Virus record (IMG/VR): IMGVR_UViG_3300026187_000022
Span: 1-51,221 of that record
Source of the DNA: a virus
Lineage: Duplodnaviria; Caudoviricetes
DNA: 51,221 nucleotides
Strand: one strand, 5' to 3'
The notes beneath the pieces were generated by a model. It had not been told where the DNA came from. It did no database searches and worked only from the letters and a program-made list of their open reading frames with translations. Shown piece by piece: positions 24,372 through 33,435 of this stretch. A program made the translations under genes and the position numbers. The stretch's first letter is position 1. Each line of letters opens with the position of its first letter.

Positions 24372-25091
24372 ATGAAACCAAACTACTATGCGATAATACC
24401 AGCGGAGGTTAGGTATAATGAGAAACTATCCCCTAATGCCAAATTACTTTATGGCGAGATAACCGCCCTATCTAACAAAAAAGGCGTTTGCTGGGCAAAA
24501 AACAAATACTTTGCAGATTTGTATAATGTTAGCGAAGTATCCATATCAAAATGGGTTTCTCAGCTTATAGATCAAGCGTTAATAAGATCACAAATTAACC
24601 AGGATGGAAAGCGTGAAATTTACCTAATAGGGGTTAAAGAAAAGTTTAAGGGGGTACAAAGAAAAGTTAAAGGGGGGGTTAAAGAAAAGTTTAAACCCTA
24701 TAATAATAATATACATAATAATAATAATATAAATAATAATAATACCGAAAAGCCGAAAAAAACTAAAAAAGATCAGAAAAAATTTTCGGACTTTCCGCCA
24801 GATGTTCAAAAAAGTTTTGTTCCTATTTGTGAATTATTTGATGAAAGTTTGCGCCCTAAAACAGCAAATGAAAAGCGTAATTGGTGCAATACTATTGATG
24901 AGGTTAATCGCCTGGATAAAGTATCACCTAGAAAATTGTATCTACTTATTCAAAAAACTTTAAATGATAGTTTTTGGGTTAAGCAATTTTTATCAGTAAC
25001 AAAACTTAGAAAAAAGAATAAGGATGGCGTAAAGTATATTGATGTATTTATGCATCAGTTTGGAAAGGATATCAAAAACGTAGATATATGA
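24372..25091 (+). CDS. Replication initiator (N-terminal HTH, replisome-organiser type)
   Basis: YYAIIPAEVRY...LSPNAKLLYGEI..L....G.CWA.N.YFA.LY.VS, with internal iterons. Confidence 0.88.
   Translation: MKPNYYAIIPAEVRYNEKLSPNAKLLYGEITALSNKKGVCWAKNKYFADLYNVSEVSISKWVSQLIDQALIRSQINQDGKREIYLIGVKEKFKGVQRKVKGGVKEKFKPYNNNIHNNNNINNNNTEKPKKTKKDQKKFSDFPPDVQKSFVPICELFDESLRPKTANEKRNWCNTIDEVNRLDKVSPRKLYLLIQKTLNDSFWVKQFLSVTKLRKKNKDGVKYIDVFMHQFGKDIKNVDI
24630..24744 (+). repeat. Probable replication origin: 3 iterons plus AT-rich tract
   Basis: GGGGT(T/AC)AAAGAAAAGTT(T/A)AA at 24630, 24651 and 24675, then a TAA-repeat AT tract at 24699-24744. Confidence 0.8.
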
Positions 25092-25558
25092 GTAACTGGG
25101 CAGATAGAGATAGAGTTAAAAAAGGTGATTTAGGCGAGAGCATAATCATTGATTATCTACACGAAAAAGGATTCGTGATATATAAGCCAATTACAAATAA
25201 ACCGCACTGGATTGATTTCTTTGCCAGCAGAAATAAAGATGAGATATATGCTATAGATGTAAAAACTAAATCCAGGTTAAATAAATGGGATGCTACAGGG
25301 ATAGATATAAAGCATTATAATGATTACATAAAGCTCAATGAAAAAACAGGCATAAGATTGTTTTTGTTTTTTGTAGATGATAAAGAGGGTTTTATTCATT
25401 GTGCCGATATACAGAATTTAAAAAATGGATTTAATCCAGCACCGCATATTATAGCCTGGTATAGAAAGGATATGAAGTTGATAGGCAGAATAGATAAACA
25501 ATATTTAAAAAAATTAGAAAAATACGATACAAGGAATTATATTTATAAACCAAACTAA
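25088..25558 (+). CDS. PD-(D/E)XK restriction-endonuclease-fold protein
   Basis: KGDLGE...G...H.IDF...IDVKTK pattern. Confidence 0.7.
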   Translation: MSNWADRDRVKKGDLGESIIIDYLHEKGFVIYKPITNKPHWIDFFASRNKDEIYAIDVKTKSRLNKWDATGIDIKHYNDYIKLNEKTGIRLFLFFVDDKEGFIHCADIQNLKNGFNPAPHIIAWYRKDMKLIGRIDKQYLKKLEKYDTRNYIYKPN

Positions 25559-25570
25559 ACTAAACTAACT

Positions 25571-27250
25571 ATGATAACTGATTTTCTAAGCATTGGAATT
25601 ACTCCCAGAGGAAGTGCTATAGAGCAAAAGGTAATCTGTCCAAAATGCTCACACACTAGAAAAAATAAAAAAGATCCTTGCCTATCTATAAACTTAGATA
25701 AAGGCGTTTACAACTGCCATAATTGCGGATGGAGTGGTAATGTAAATTTTAAACCTAAAAAAGAATTTGTAAAGCCGCCAGAGGCAAAAACAAACCTTAC
25801 AGATAAAACAGAAAAATGGTTTAATAAAAGAGGTATTACAGCTGCTACATTAGCACACTGGAAAATAGGCGAATCAGTGGAATACTTTCCTCAGATACAA
25901 AAGAAACGAAAAGCCATAAATTTTAACTATTTCAGAGAGGGCGAAATCATAAACTGCAAATACAGAGATGCAGAGAAAAACTTTAAAATGGTTTCTGGAG
26001 CTGAATTAATATTCTATGGCTTAGATTCTGTAAAAGATTCTGAAACTATTTACATTGTAGAGGGTGAAATGGATGCCTTATCACTTCATGAAGCTGGTAT
26101 CTACTCAGTATGCTCAGTACCTAATGGAGCATCTAAAGGAAATCAGCGCCTAGATTATTTAGATAACTGCTGGGAATATTTTAAGGATAAAAATCAAATC
26201 ATTTTATGTACTGATAATGATCAACCAGGTTTAGCTCTTAGAAATGAATTAGCTAGGAGGTTTGGGCAATACCGCTGCAAATATGTAGAATTTGGCGATT
26301 TTAAGGATGCTAATGAAGTTTTAACTGAAAAAGGTGCTGAGGTACTACGAAACATTTTAAAAACCGCTAAACACTTTCCTCTGGAGGGAGTGGTAAATAT
26401 TAATGATATTTGGAAAGATGTTTTAAACTATAATGATAATGGAATTAAAAATTACAGTATTACCCTGGGTGATAGTGATGATTATTTTAAGATTGATTTT
26501 GAGGGAAGCTGGACTGTAGTCACAGGCATACCTAACTCTGGTAAATCAGATGTAGTGGATCAGATAGCAAGCAATATGGCACTAAATTACAGGCATAGGA
26601 CAGCTTTTTTTGCTCCAGAATCATTTCCCTATGAAGGTCACATAAAACGCCTAGCAAATAAATTAAATGGCAAAGTATGCTCTAATGATGATTTAAATAA
26701 CACTAAAGCATTTATAGAGGAGCATTTTTTCTTTGTTAAAATTGATTTAGATAATTTAACTTTAGATGGGATCCTAGAGGCTTTCAGAGATTTAGTATTT
26801 CAGAAAGGTGTAAATCTATTAGTGATAGATCCCTGGAATATGCTAGATCATTCAGCACAGCGAGATCATTCCTACATAGGCGTAATGCTTTCAAAAATTA
26901 CTCAGTTTTGCCAGCAAACTAAAACGCATTTATTTTTAGTAGCACACCCTAGAAAAATGGAATCTAATGATAATGGTAATTACAAAGTGCCTACTCCCTA
27001 TGATATTTCTGGATCTAGTGATTTCTTTAATAAAGCGTTTAATTGTGTTACAGTTTACAGATCACTTGGCGAGATTACTAGATTTAAATCCGATGCAGTA
27101 CAGATTCATGTACAAAAAGTAAAACGTAAAGAGAATGGCAGCCAGGGGATGTTTACAATAGCTCCAGATTTTAAAAGCGGTGGTATATACCAGCCAATAG
27201 ATGAGAAAAAACAAAGATTTACAGTAATGAGAGATCAAATACCTTTTTAA
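25571..27250 (+). CDS. Primase-helicase (Twinkle/T7 gp4-like)
   Basis: CPKC...CHNC zinc domain, EGEMD and DND TOPRIM motifs, GIPNSGKS Walker A, LVIDPW and LVAHPRK. Confidence 0.92.
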   Translation: MITDFLSIGITPRGSAIEQKVICPKCSHTRKNKKDPCLSINLDKGVYNCHNCGWSGNVNFKPKKEFVKPPEAKTNLTDKTEKWFNKRGITAATLAHWKIGESVEYFPQIQKKRKAINFNYFREGEIINCKYRDAEKNFKMVSGAELIFYGLDSVKDSETIYIVEGEMDALSLHEAGIYSVCSVPNGASKGNQRLDYLDNCWEYFKDKNQIILCTDNDQPGLALRNELARRFGQYRCKYVEFGDFKDANEVLTEKGAEVLRNILKTAKHFPLEGVVNINDIWKDVLNYNDNGIKNYSITLGDSDDYFKIDFEGSWTVVTGIPNSGKSDVVDQIASNMALNYRHRTAFFAPESFPYEGHIKRLANKLNGKVCSNDDLNNTKAFIEEHFFFVKIDLDNLTLDGILEAFRDLVFQKGVNLLVIDPWNMLDHSAQRDHSYIGVMLSKITQFCQQTKTHLFLVAHPRKMESNDNGNYKVPTPYDISGSSDFFNKAFNCVTVYRSLGEITRFKSDAVQIHVQKVKRKENGSQGMFTIAPDFKSGGIYQPIDEKKQRFTVMRDQIPF

Positions 27251-27252
27251 TT

Positions 27253-27414
27253 ATGGCAGATATAACAATGTGCAGGGGTGAGGGTTGTGAATTAAAAAAC
27301 ACTTGCCTACGCTTTATGGCAACACCAAATGAGTATAGGCAATCTTATTTTTTAAATATTCCTATTGATTCGGGAGAGTGTAAGTTTTATATAAATGAAA
27401 AACAAAAGAAATGA
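27253..27414 (+). CDS. 53-aa Cys-rich hypothetical protein
   Basis: MADITMCRGEGCELKNTCLRF...QSYF...EC, with four Cys. Confidence 0.72.
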   Translation: MADITMCRGEGCELKNTCLRFMATPNEYRQSYFLNIPIDSGECKFYINEKQKK

Positions 27415-27673
27415 AAACAAATACTATAAAATTATGATATACAAAAAACCCATAGTAAATACAAATGATCTACATTACCAGGCATTTAAATGGTGTGATG
27501 AGCATGGGATTCGTATATATCCTAAACCTAGGAATGGTAAATTTATCCTAGTATATGTGATTGATAGCCAGGCGCATACTACCAATAAGTTACACGATCC
27601 TAAAGATTATCAGCAAGCGATCTGGGATTTTTATGTATTTTTGTATAATAAATTAAACAATGATCCAAATTGA
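27395..27673 (+). CDS. Hypothetical protein
   Basis: ORF track. The true start may be ATG 27433. Confidence 0.7.
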   Translation: MKNKRNENKYYKIMIYKKPIVNTNDLHYQAFKWCDEHGIRIYPKPRNGKFILVYVIDSQAHTTNKLHDPKDYQQAIWDFYVFLYNKLNNDPN

Positions 27674-27824
27674 TTTCTTTCCGATTTATGGGTTTATGGT
27701 AGGAATAAACTACTCTAATGAGGAAATTGAAATGATAGAAGTTGTAGCGGATGATAAAAGGCATACAATACAGTTTTTTTTATTCTTATTTGGTTTTAAT
27801 ATTCATTGGTTTACAAATAATTAG
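27660..27824 (+). CDS. 54-aa hypothetical protein
   Basis: MIQIDFFPIYGFMVGINYSNEEIEMIEVVADDKRHTIQFFLFLFGFNIHWFTNN, preceded by TATTTTTG at 27636-27643. Confidence 0.68.
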   Translation: MIQIDFFPIYGFMVGINYSNEEIEMIEVVADDKRHTIQFFLFLFGFNIHWFTNN

Positions 27825-27835
27825 AAGCAAACAAT

Positions 27836-28969
27836 ATGGCAAACAAAAAGGTAAACATTTCGGCTATAAAGCCAAATGAGGAAAATCCTCGTTTTATTAC
27901 TGATTCTAAATTTAAGAAGTTAGTAAAATCAATTAAAGAATTTCCAGAAATGCTAGAAACTCGCCCATTAGTAGTGGATGAGGATATGGTGGTACTAGGT
28001 GGAAATATGCGCCTCAAAGCATTAAAATCAGCTGGCGTTTTTGAGGTTCCTGTACATCAAATTAAAGGATGGACAGAGGACCAGAAAAAAGAATTTATTA
28101 TAAAAGATAACTTAGGCTATGGAGAGTGGGATTGGGATATAGTAGCTAATGATTGGGATTTAGATAAACTTACTGATTGGGGTTTAGATTTACCAGATTT
28201 TCCACAGCTTGAACCAGAGGCAGAGGAGGATGATTATGAGGAGCCAGATGATCTGCAAGTAGATGTAGTATTAGGCGATTTAATAGAGATTGGAGAGCAT
28301 AGATTATTATGTGGTGATTCTACAGATTCAGATCAAGTTGCTAAACTAATGGATGGAAAAAAAGCTGATATGGTTTTTACTGATCCGCCTTATAATGTAT
28401 CCTTTAATGGTAGAAGTGGAAAGTTTGATGTAATAAAAAATGATAATTTAGCTGAAAGTGATTTTGAAAATTTAATTAATGGATTTGTTTCTATATTAAA
28501 GTTGTTAAATCCAAAAAGCTACTATGTATGGTGTAACTGGAAGTTTTATAGCATATTACAATCAAAATTAGAATTTAAGGCTTGTATCGTTTGGGCAAAA
28601 AATGTTTTTGGATTAGGACAGGGATATAGGCACCAACACGAATTTTGCCTTTTTAATGGTAAACTCGATGATGGCATTAAAAACGAAAGTGATTTATGGG
28701 AAATAAAAAAGGATTCTAATTATATGCACCCTACACAAAAACCAACAGAGTTGGCATCTAGAGCATTTAAAAACCACAAAAAAAGTAAAAATATTGTTGA
28801 TTTATTTTGTGGCTCTGGCTCTACAATGGTAGCGGCTCACCAACTAAATAGAATTTGCTATGGTATGGAACTTGATCCTAAATATTGTCAAGTTATAATA
28901 GATAGGATGCAAAAATTAGATCCCACTTTAAAAATTAAAATAAACGGAAAAGATTATAAAAACCTATAA
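27836..28969 (+). CDS. ParB-N domain fused to N6/N4 DNA methyltransferase (beta class)
   Basis: NPR...LGGNMRLKA ParB box, then FTDPPYN, HPTQKP and DLFCGSGST. Confidence 0.92.
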   Translation: MANKKVNISAIKPNEENPRFITDSKFKKLVKSIKEFPEMLETRPLVVDEDMVVLGGNMRLKALKSAGVFEVPVHQIKGWTEDQKKEFIIKDNLGYGEWDWDIVANDWDLDKLTDWGLDLPDFPQLEPEAEEDDYEEPDDLQVDVVLGDLIEIGEHRLLCGDSTDSDQVAKLMDGKKADMVFTDPPYNVSFNGRSGKFDVIKNDNLAESDFENLINGFVSILKLLNPKSYYVWCNWKFYSILQSKLEFKACIVWAKNVFGLGQGYRHQHEFCLFNGKLDDGIKNESDLWEIKKDSNYMHPTQKPTELASRAFKNHKKSKNIVDLFCGSGSTMVAAHQLNRICYGMELDPKYCQVIIDRMQKLDPTLKIKINGKDYKNL

Positions 28970-29021
28970 CGTTCTTTATAGTAAACAAAAGTTAGCTAAT
29001 CAGTCACAGCTAATAATCATT

Positions 29022-29063
29022 AAAGCGTAGTTTGTATAGGTTCTGCGTTTTTATATAATTTTG
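29022..29063 (+). terminator. Terminator followed by -7 element TAATTTTG (29056-29063)
   Basis: aaagcgtag...ctgcgtttt stem. The promoter element lies 4 nt before the ATG. Confidence 0.65.
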
Positions 29064-29067
29064 CAAT

Positions 29068-29442
29068 ATGGAAAAATCAACAAAATCCAACACAGATTTT
29101 AAAAAAAGGGCATTTCAAGAGGCATATAAAAAAGCGTTTGGGAATGTTACTCAGAGTTGCAATGCTATCGGAATAGATCGCAGCACTTATTATGATTGGA
29201 TTAAAAAGGATGCAAAATTTAAAAAGGAAATAGAGGAGCTAGAGCCAGAGGAAAGGTTTATGGACTTCTTAGAAAGCAAACTGGTCGAAAGGATAAACAA
29301 AGGGGATACTACATCTATAATTTTTGCGCTTAAAACAAAAGCCAAAAAACGAGGTTATGTTGAACGCCAGGAGATAGAACACTCATCAAATGTAGAAACA
29401 GATATAGTTTTTGAAATCCACGAAAGAGAAAAAGAATCTTAA
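29068..29442 (+). CDS. Terminase small subunit (HTH)
   Basis: GNVTQSC..IGIDRSTYYDW...D..F...IFALKTK.K.RGYVERQE, located upstream of TerL. Confidence 0.82.
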   Translation: MEKSTKSNTDFKKRAFQEAYKKAFGNVTQSCNAIGIDRSTYYDWIKKDAKFKKEIEELEPEERFMDFLESKLVERINKGDTTSIIFALKTKAKKRGYVERQEIEHSSNVETDIVFEIHEREKES

Positions 29443-30607
29443 AGCAAACGTACAGCTAAAGCACTTACTAAATTGTAAAAAGCGTTTTGCTGTATTACAG
29501 GGGGGAACTCGTTCTGGTAAAACCTATGCTGTTTGCCAATATATAGCTTATTTAATAAGAACTGAAACTCAGCCACTAGTTATATCGGTTATTAGAAAAA
29601 CACTGCCAGCACTAAAAGCATCGGTGCAAAGAGATCTTATACAGATCCTAGAGGATATGGGTACATACTATGCTGGCGTACATAACAAGGCAGAGAATAC
29701 ATTCCGCTACAAAAATCATTTAATAGAATTTTTAAGCGTTGATGAACCACAGAAAATCAGAGGGAGGAAAAGATCTCTAGCTTTTTTAAATGAGGCAAAT
29801 GAATTAAACCTTGAGGATTTTCGCCAGATTAATATGCGATGTACAGGCATAAGAGAAAATATGCCATCTATGATATTAGATTTTAACCCATCAGATGTAA
29901 CTCACTGGATTTATGATGAGGTAATACCTAGAGAAGATGCTGATACCTGGATTACTACCTATAAGGATAATTTACATTTATCTGAGGACTTAGTATATGA
30001 AATAGAGCGCATGAAAGAGCGTGATCCAGATTATTGGCGTGTATATGGTGAGGGATTACAGGCATACTATTCTAAAAGGCAAATATTTTCTAATTGGGAG
30101 TTTATAGATTACAAAGATTTTCCAGATACAGATAATATTTATCTAGGGTTAGATTTCGGATATAGCAACGATCCCCTGGCGATTTGCGAAGTAAGGAAAG
30201 TTAATTCAAAGCTATATGTTCACGAGCTATGCTATAAGCTAGGTATGACAAACAGCGATGCTATTAATTTTCTAATAGATCAAAAACAAGATGATAAAAT
30301 ATTGTATTACGATGCAGCGGAGCCAAAATCTGGAGAGGATTTACGCAGAGGTGGTTTAATGGCTAAAGCAGCAGTAAAAGGGCAAGGATCAGTTAATGCT
30401 GGTATTAGTTTACTAAAAGAATATGATATAGTAGTATCGAAAGAATCAGCAAATTTTATAAAAGAATACCATAGCTATTACTGGGATCAGCTAAAGGATG
30501 GAACTATAGTAAATAAGCCAGTAGATAAAAATAATCACCTCATGGATGCCCTTAGATATTGCGTTTATAGCGCTTATGGTAAAGCGGTGGATTTCTTTGT
30601 AATATAA
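29411..30607 (+). CDS. Terminase large subunit (PBSX/SPP1-like)
   Basis: QGGTRSGKT Walker A, LNEANE Walker B, GLDFGY and NHLMDALRY nuclease motifs. The TTG start is uncertain. Confidence 0.93.
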   Translation: MKSTKEKKNLKANVQLKHLLNCKKRFAVLQGGTRSGKTYAVCQYIAYLIRTETQPLVISVIRKTLPALKASVQRDLIQILEDMGTYYAGVHNKAENTFRYKNHLIEFLSVDEPQKIRGRKRSLAFLNEANELNLEDFRQINMRCTGIRENMPSMILDFNPSDVTHWIYDEVIPREDADTWITTYKDNLHLSEDLVYEIERMKERDPDYWRVYGEGLQAYYSKRQIFSNWEFIDYKDFPDTDNIYLGLDFGYSNDPLAICEVRKVNSKLYVHELCYKLGMTNSDAINFLIDQKQDDKILYYDAAEPKSGEDLRRGGLMAKAAVKGQGSVNAGISLLKEYDIVVSKESANFIKEYHSYYWDQLKDGTIVNKPVDKNNHLMDALRYCVYSAYGKAVDFFVI

Positions 30608-30611
30608 TTAC

Positions 30612-30619
30612 TATTTTTG
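30612..30619 (+). promoter_or_regulatory. -7 promoter element TATTTTTG
   Basis: Intergenic, before the portal gene. Confidence 0.65.
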
Positions 30620-30642
30620 TATAATTAAATAATTCGTATTGG

Positions 30643-32595
30643 ATGGCTAGTTTCTTAGATAGATTCAAAAACCTTGTTTCTAAAAGCGCAAATAAAACTC
30701 ATATAGATTTTAATAAGGCAATCTACAACTATTTAGGTGATACCTTAGTTTGGAATCCAGAGAATGATGATACCTACATAGATAAAGGTTATAGATATAA
30801 CGCTACTATCTATTCTATCATAAATCTGATAACCAAATCAGCTACAAACATTCCGTTTCAAGTTTACGAGGTACAGAAATCCAATGATCTAAAAAGATAT
30901 AAAGCATTAACATCTGGCGAGTTTAACTCCAATACAGTACTCCAGGCAAAGATGTTACAAAAGAGAGCGCTAGTAGAATTAGAGGATACTGAGCTACATC
31001 AGTTACTAGATCGCCCTAATCCAGCACAAAGTTATAACTCCTGGATCCAGGAAATAATCGCATTTGGAAAACTTACTGGAAACCGATACATCTATGGTAT
31101 TGGACCAGATACCTCGATCACCACAGCCAAATACAAGGAGCTGTATATATTACCCTCTCAGAAAGTAGAGATCAACTCTGGTGGAATCATGGAGCCAGTT
31201 AAAGAGTACACGCTGCAATATAATGGTACATATAGAATAGCAGCTGATGATATATGCCATATCAAAGATGCTAATCTTTATTACGATGGCACAGGATCAC
31301 ACCTTTACGGAATGTCACCGCTCAAGGCTGGACTTAGAGTAATGGATGCAAATAACCAGGCATTAACTACTGGCGTTAAATACCTACAGAATCAAACTGC
31401 TAGAGGTATCCTAATGAGTGATGAGGGTGATCTAAATGAGGTACAGGCTAAACAGTTAAAGGATAAATTCCGCCAACAATACCAGGGCAGCGAAAATGCT
31501 GGGGATGTAATTATTACACCTAAGAAACTTAGCTGGGTAAACTTTGGATTAAACGCATCTGATCTATCATTAATAGAGCAATATAACGCTACTATCAAAG
31601 ATCTATGTAATATCTATAATGTACCAGTACAGTTGCTAAACAATACAGATAGTACTACTTACAACAATATGAAAGAGGCTAAAAAGGCGCTCTATCAAAA
31701 TGCTGTTATTCCAGAGCTTAATAAAATCAGAGATGAGCTGAATAGATGGCTCGCTCCACAGTATGGAGAAAAGATCTACATTGATTTCGATTACAGCGCT
31801 ATTCCAGAACTCCAGGAGGAGATGGAAAAGGTTGTAGGGCAAATGAGCCAGGCATGGTGGATCACGCCAAACGAAAAGCGTGCCGCTATGAGCTATGGTT
31901 TAGATGAGGATAATGATAACTTAAATGATTACTATGTACCAGCTAATTTACTACCTATTGGAGGTGAGATTATACCAGAAGCCGAGCCAAAGAGTTTGGA
32001 CTTTGATATAAGTAAACTATTTAAATCAGCGGTAATTAATACAGTTGATACATACACCACTATAGAGGAGGCTCAAGCTAGAGCTATAGAGATGGGAGGT
32101 ACTGGATACCACGAACACCTATTCAATGGCTCTACTGTTTATATGCCATTTGCTACTCACGCTGAGTATGAGGCAGCTAAAAACAATCGCCTGGATGAGT
32201 TCTATGCAGCACAAAGGAGAGAGGCTGGATATAACGAGCCAATAGATTATAACTCTATAGAAACAAAAGAGGAAACCTACAAAGATTATCCACAGGGCGC
32301 TACTAACAACGCTAGAAGGATGATTGAATGGCGTGAGAAATATGGCAGAGATGAGGTACAAGCTGGAACGCCCACAGGGTGGCAGAGAGCATCGCAGTTA
32401 GCTAACAGAGAGGCGCTCAGTTTATCCACTGTTAAAAGGGTTAATAGCTTTTTAGCACGCCATGAGGATAATGCTAAAATAGATCCTAAGTTTAAAGATA
32501 CGCCCTGGAAAGATAAAGGGTATGTAGCATACAATCTATGGGGAGGAGCTGCTATGGTATCCTGGGCAAAAAGAATAGCAGAAAATGAGGGATAA
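30643..32595 (+). CDS. Portal protein (HK97 family) with about 200-aa C-terminal extension
   Basis: GNRY...YGMSPL...YNVP.QLL...ITPNEKR. The portal core ends near YYVPANLLP and extra domains follow. Confidence 0.92.
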   Translation: MASFLDRFKNLVSKSANKTHIDFNKAIYNYLGDTLVWNPENDDTYIDKGYRYNATIYSIINLITKSATNIPFQVYEVQKSNDLKRYKALTSGEFNSNTVLQAKMLQKRALVELEDTELHQLLDRPNPAQSYNSWIQEIIAFGKLTGNRYIYGIGPDTSITTAKYKELYILPSQKVEINSGGIMEPVKEYTLQYNGTYRIAADDICHIKDANLYYDGTGSHLYGMSPLKAGLRVMDANNQALTTGVKYLQNQTARGILMSDEGDLNEVQAKQLKDKFRQQYQGSENAGDVIITPKKLSWVNFGLNASDLSLIEQYNATIKDLCNIYNVPVQLLNNTDSTTYNNMKEAKKALYQNAVIPELNKIRDELNRWLAPQYGEKIYIDFDYSAIPELQEEMEKVVGQMSQAWWITPNEKRAAMSYGLDEDNDNLNDYYVPANLLPIGGEIIPEAEPKSLDFDISKLFKSAVINTVDTYTTIEEAQARAIEMGGTGYHEHLFNGSTVYMPFATHAEYEAAKNNRLDEFYAAQRREAGYNEPIDYNSIETKEETYKDYPQGATNNARRMIEWREKYGRDEVQAGTPTGWQRASQLANREALSLSTVKRVNSFLARHEDNAKIDPKFKDTPWKDKGYVAYNLWGGAAMVSWAKRIAENEG

Positions 32596-33419
32596 TGCTA
32601 ATAAAAAAAGCCAAAGAATCCTGGAAAGGTAATTTTGATAAGCTACTAGCAAGCTCAGAGCGCAAAGAATTTGCTAGAGTACGCAAATACTATGAAAGCG
32701 AATACACTGAAGCAATCCAGGACTTTTTAAATACAGGCAAATCTACTGGGTTTGATAACTTGTTTAGAGTGGCGGATCTATCAGATCAATATCGCCAAAT
32801 CTATTTAAACATAGGATTAAAGTTTGCCAAGTGGTATTCTAAAAACTTTGATAAAGTAATTTCTAAGCAAACCGATGTATCTGATTATGAGGATATATGG
32901 GCGGAGCGCTTTGCTAGAGTTAGCCAGCAGATAGCAGCTGAGAGGGTGGTACTGGTCCAGGGAACTGCTAAAGCTACACTAGTAAGCATATTTAAACGCC
33001 TATCCTCTGATCCAGAGTTTATGGCTATGAATGAAAGAGAGGCTGGGAGGATATTGCGCCAGAAGTTTGCACAGTATTCTAAAAGCCAGGCAGAGCGTTT
33101 AGTTAGAACTGAGGCAACTAATGCCGCTAACTATGCAACGCTAGAAAGTGCTACTGATATGTTTGGACAGGAAAACCTACAAAAAGAGTGGACAACAGCT
33201 ATAGATGGTAGAGAGCGCCCAGCTCATAGAGCCGCTGATGGGCAAATAGTAGATTTTAAAGAACGCTTTACAGTAGGTGGCGAATTATTATTCAATCCTG
33301 GAGATCCAGCTGGTAGTGCTAAAAATGTAATTAATTGCCGATGCTCTGTAGCACCATTTCCTAAAGAGGATGCCCAGGCAGCTGGTAAAATAGAGGGATT
33401 CTCAGTAAGTAATATTTAA
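32595..33419 (+). CDS. Head morphogenesis protein (Mu F/SPP1 gp7-like)
   Basis: AERLVRTE...KEW....DGRERPAH...DGQ...PGDP...INCRC. Confidence 0.9.
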   Translation: MLIKKAKESWKGNFDKLLASSERKEFARVRKYYESEYTEAIQDFLNTGKSTGFDNLFRVADLSDQYRQIYLNIGLKFAKWYSKNFDKVISKQTDVSDYEDIWAERFARVSQQIAAERVVLVQGTAKATLVSIFKRLSSDPEFMAMNEREAGRILRQKFAQYSKSQAERLVRTEATNAANYATLESATDMFGQENLQKEWTTAIDGRERPAHRAADGQIVDFKERFTVGGELLFNPGDPAGSAKNVINCRCSVAPFPKEDAQAAGKIEGFSVSNI

Positions 33420-33423
33420 TTAT

Positions 33424-33431
33424 TAAATTTG
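33424..33431 (+). promoter_or_regulatory. -7 promoter element TAAATTTG
   Basis: Lies 4 nt before the protease ATG. Confidence 0.65.
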
Positions 33432-33435
33432 CAAT

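Noticed and set aside
24630-24744. CRISPR-like mini-array
   Set aside because: The repeats are nearly abutting with no spacers and lie inside the initiator gene, so they fit iterons better.
29401-29442. Frameshift fusion of TerS and TerL (32-nt overlap, TTG start)
   Set aside because: No convincing X XXY YYZ heptamer was found, and overlapping TerS/TerL starts are common.
32286-32294. Perfect DnaA box TTATCCACA (near match at 32422)
   Set aside because: It lies inside portal coding sequence, is not clustered and is far from the iteron origin, so it is compatible with chance.
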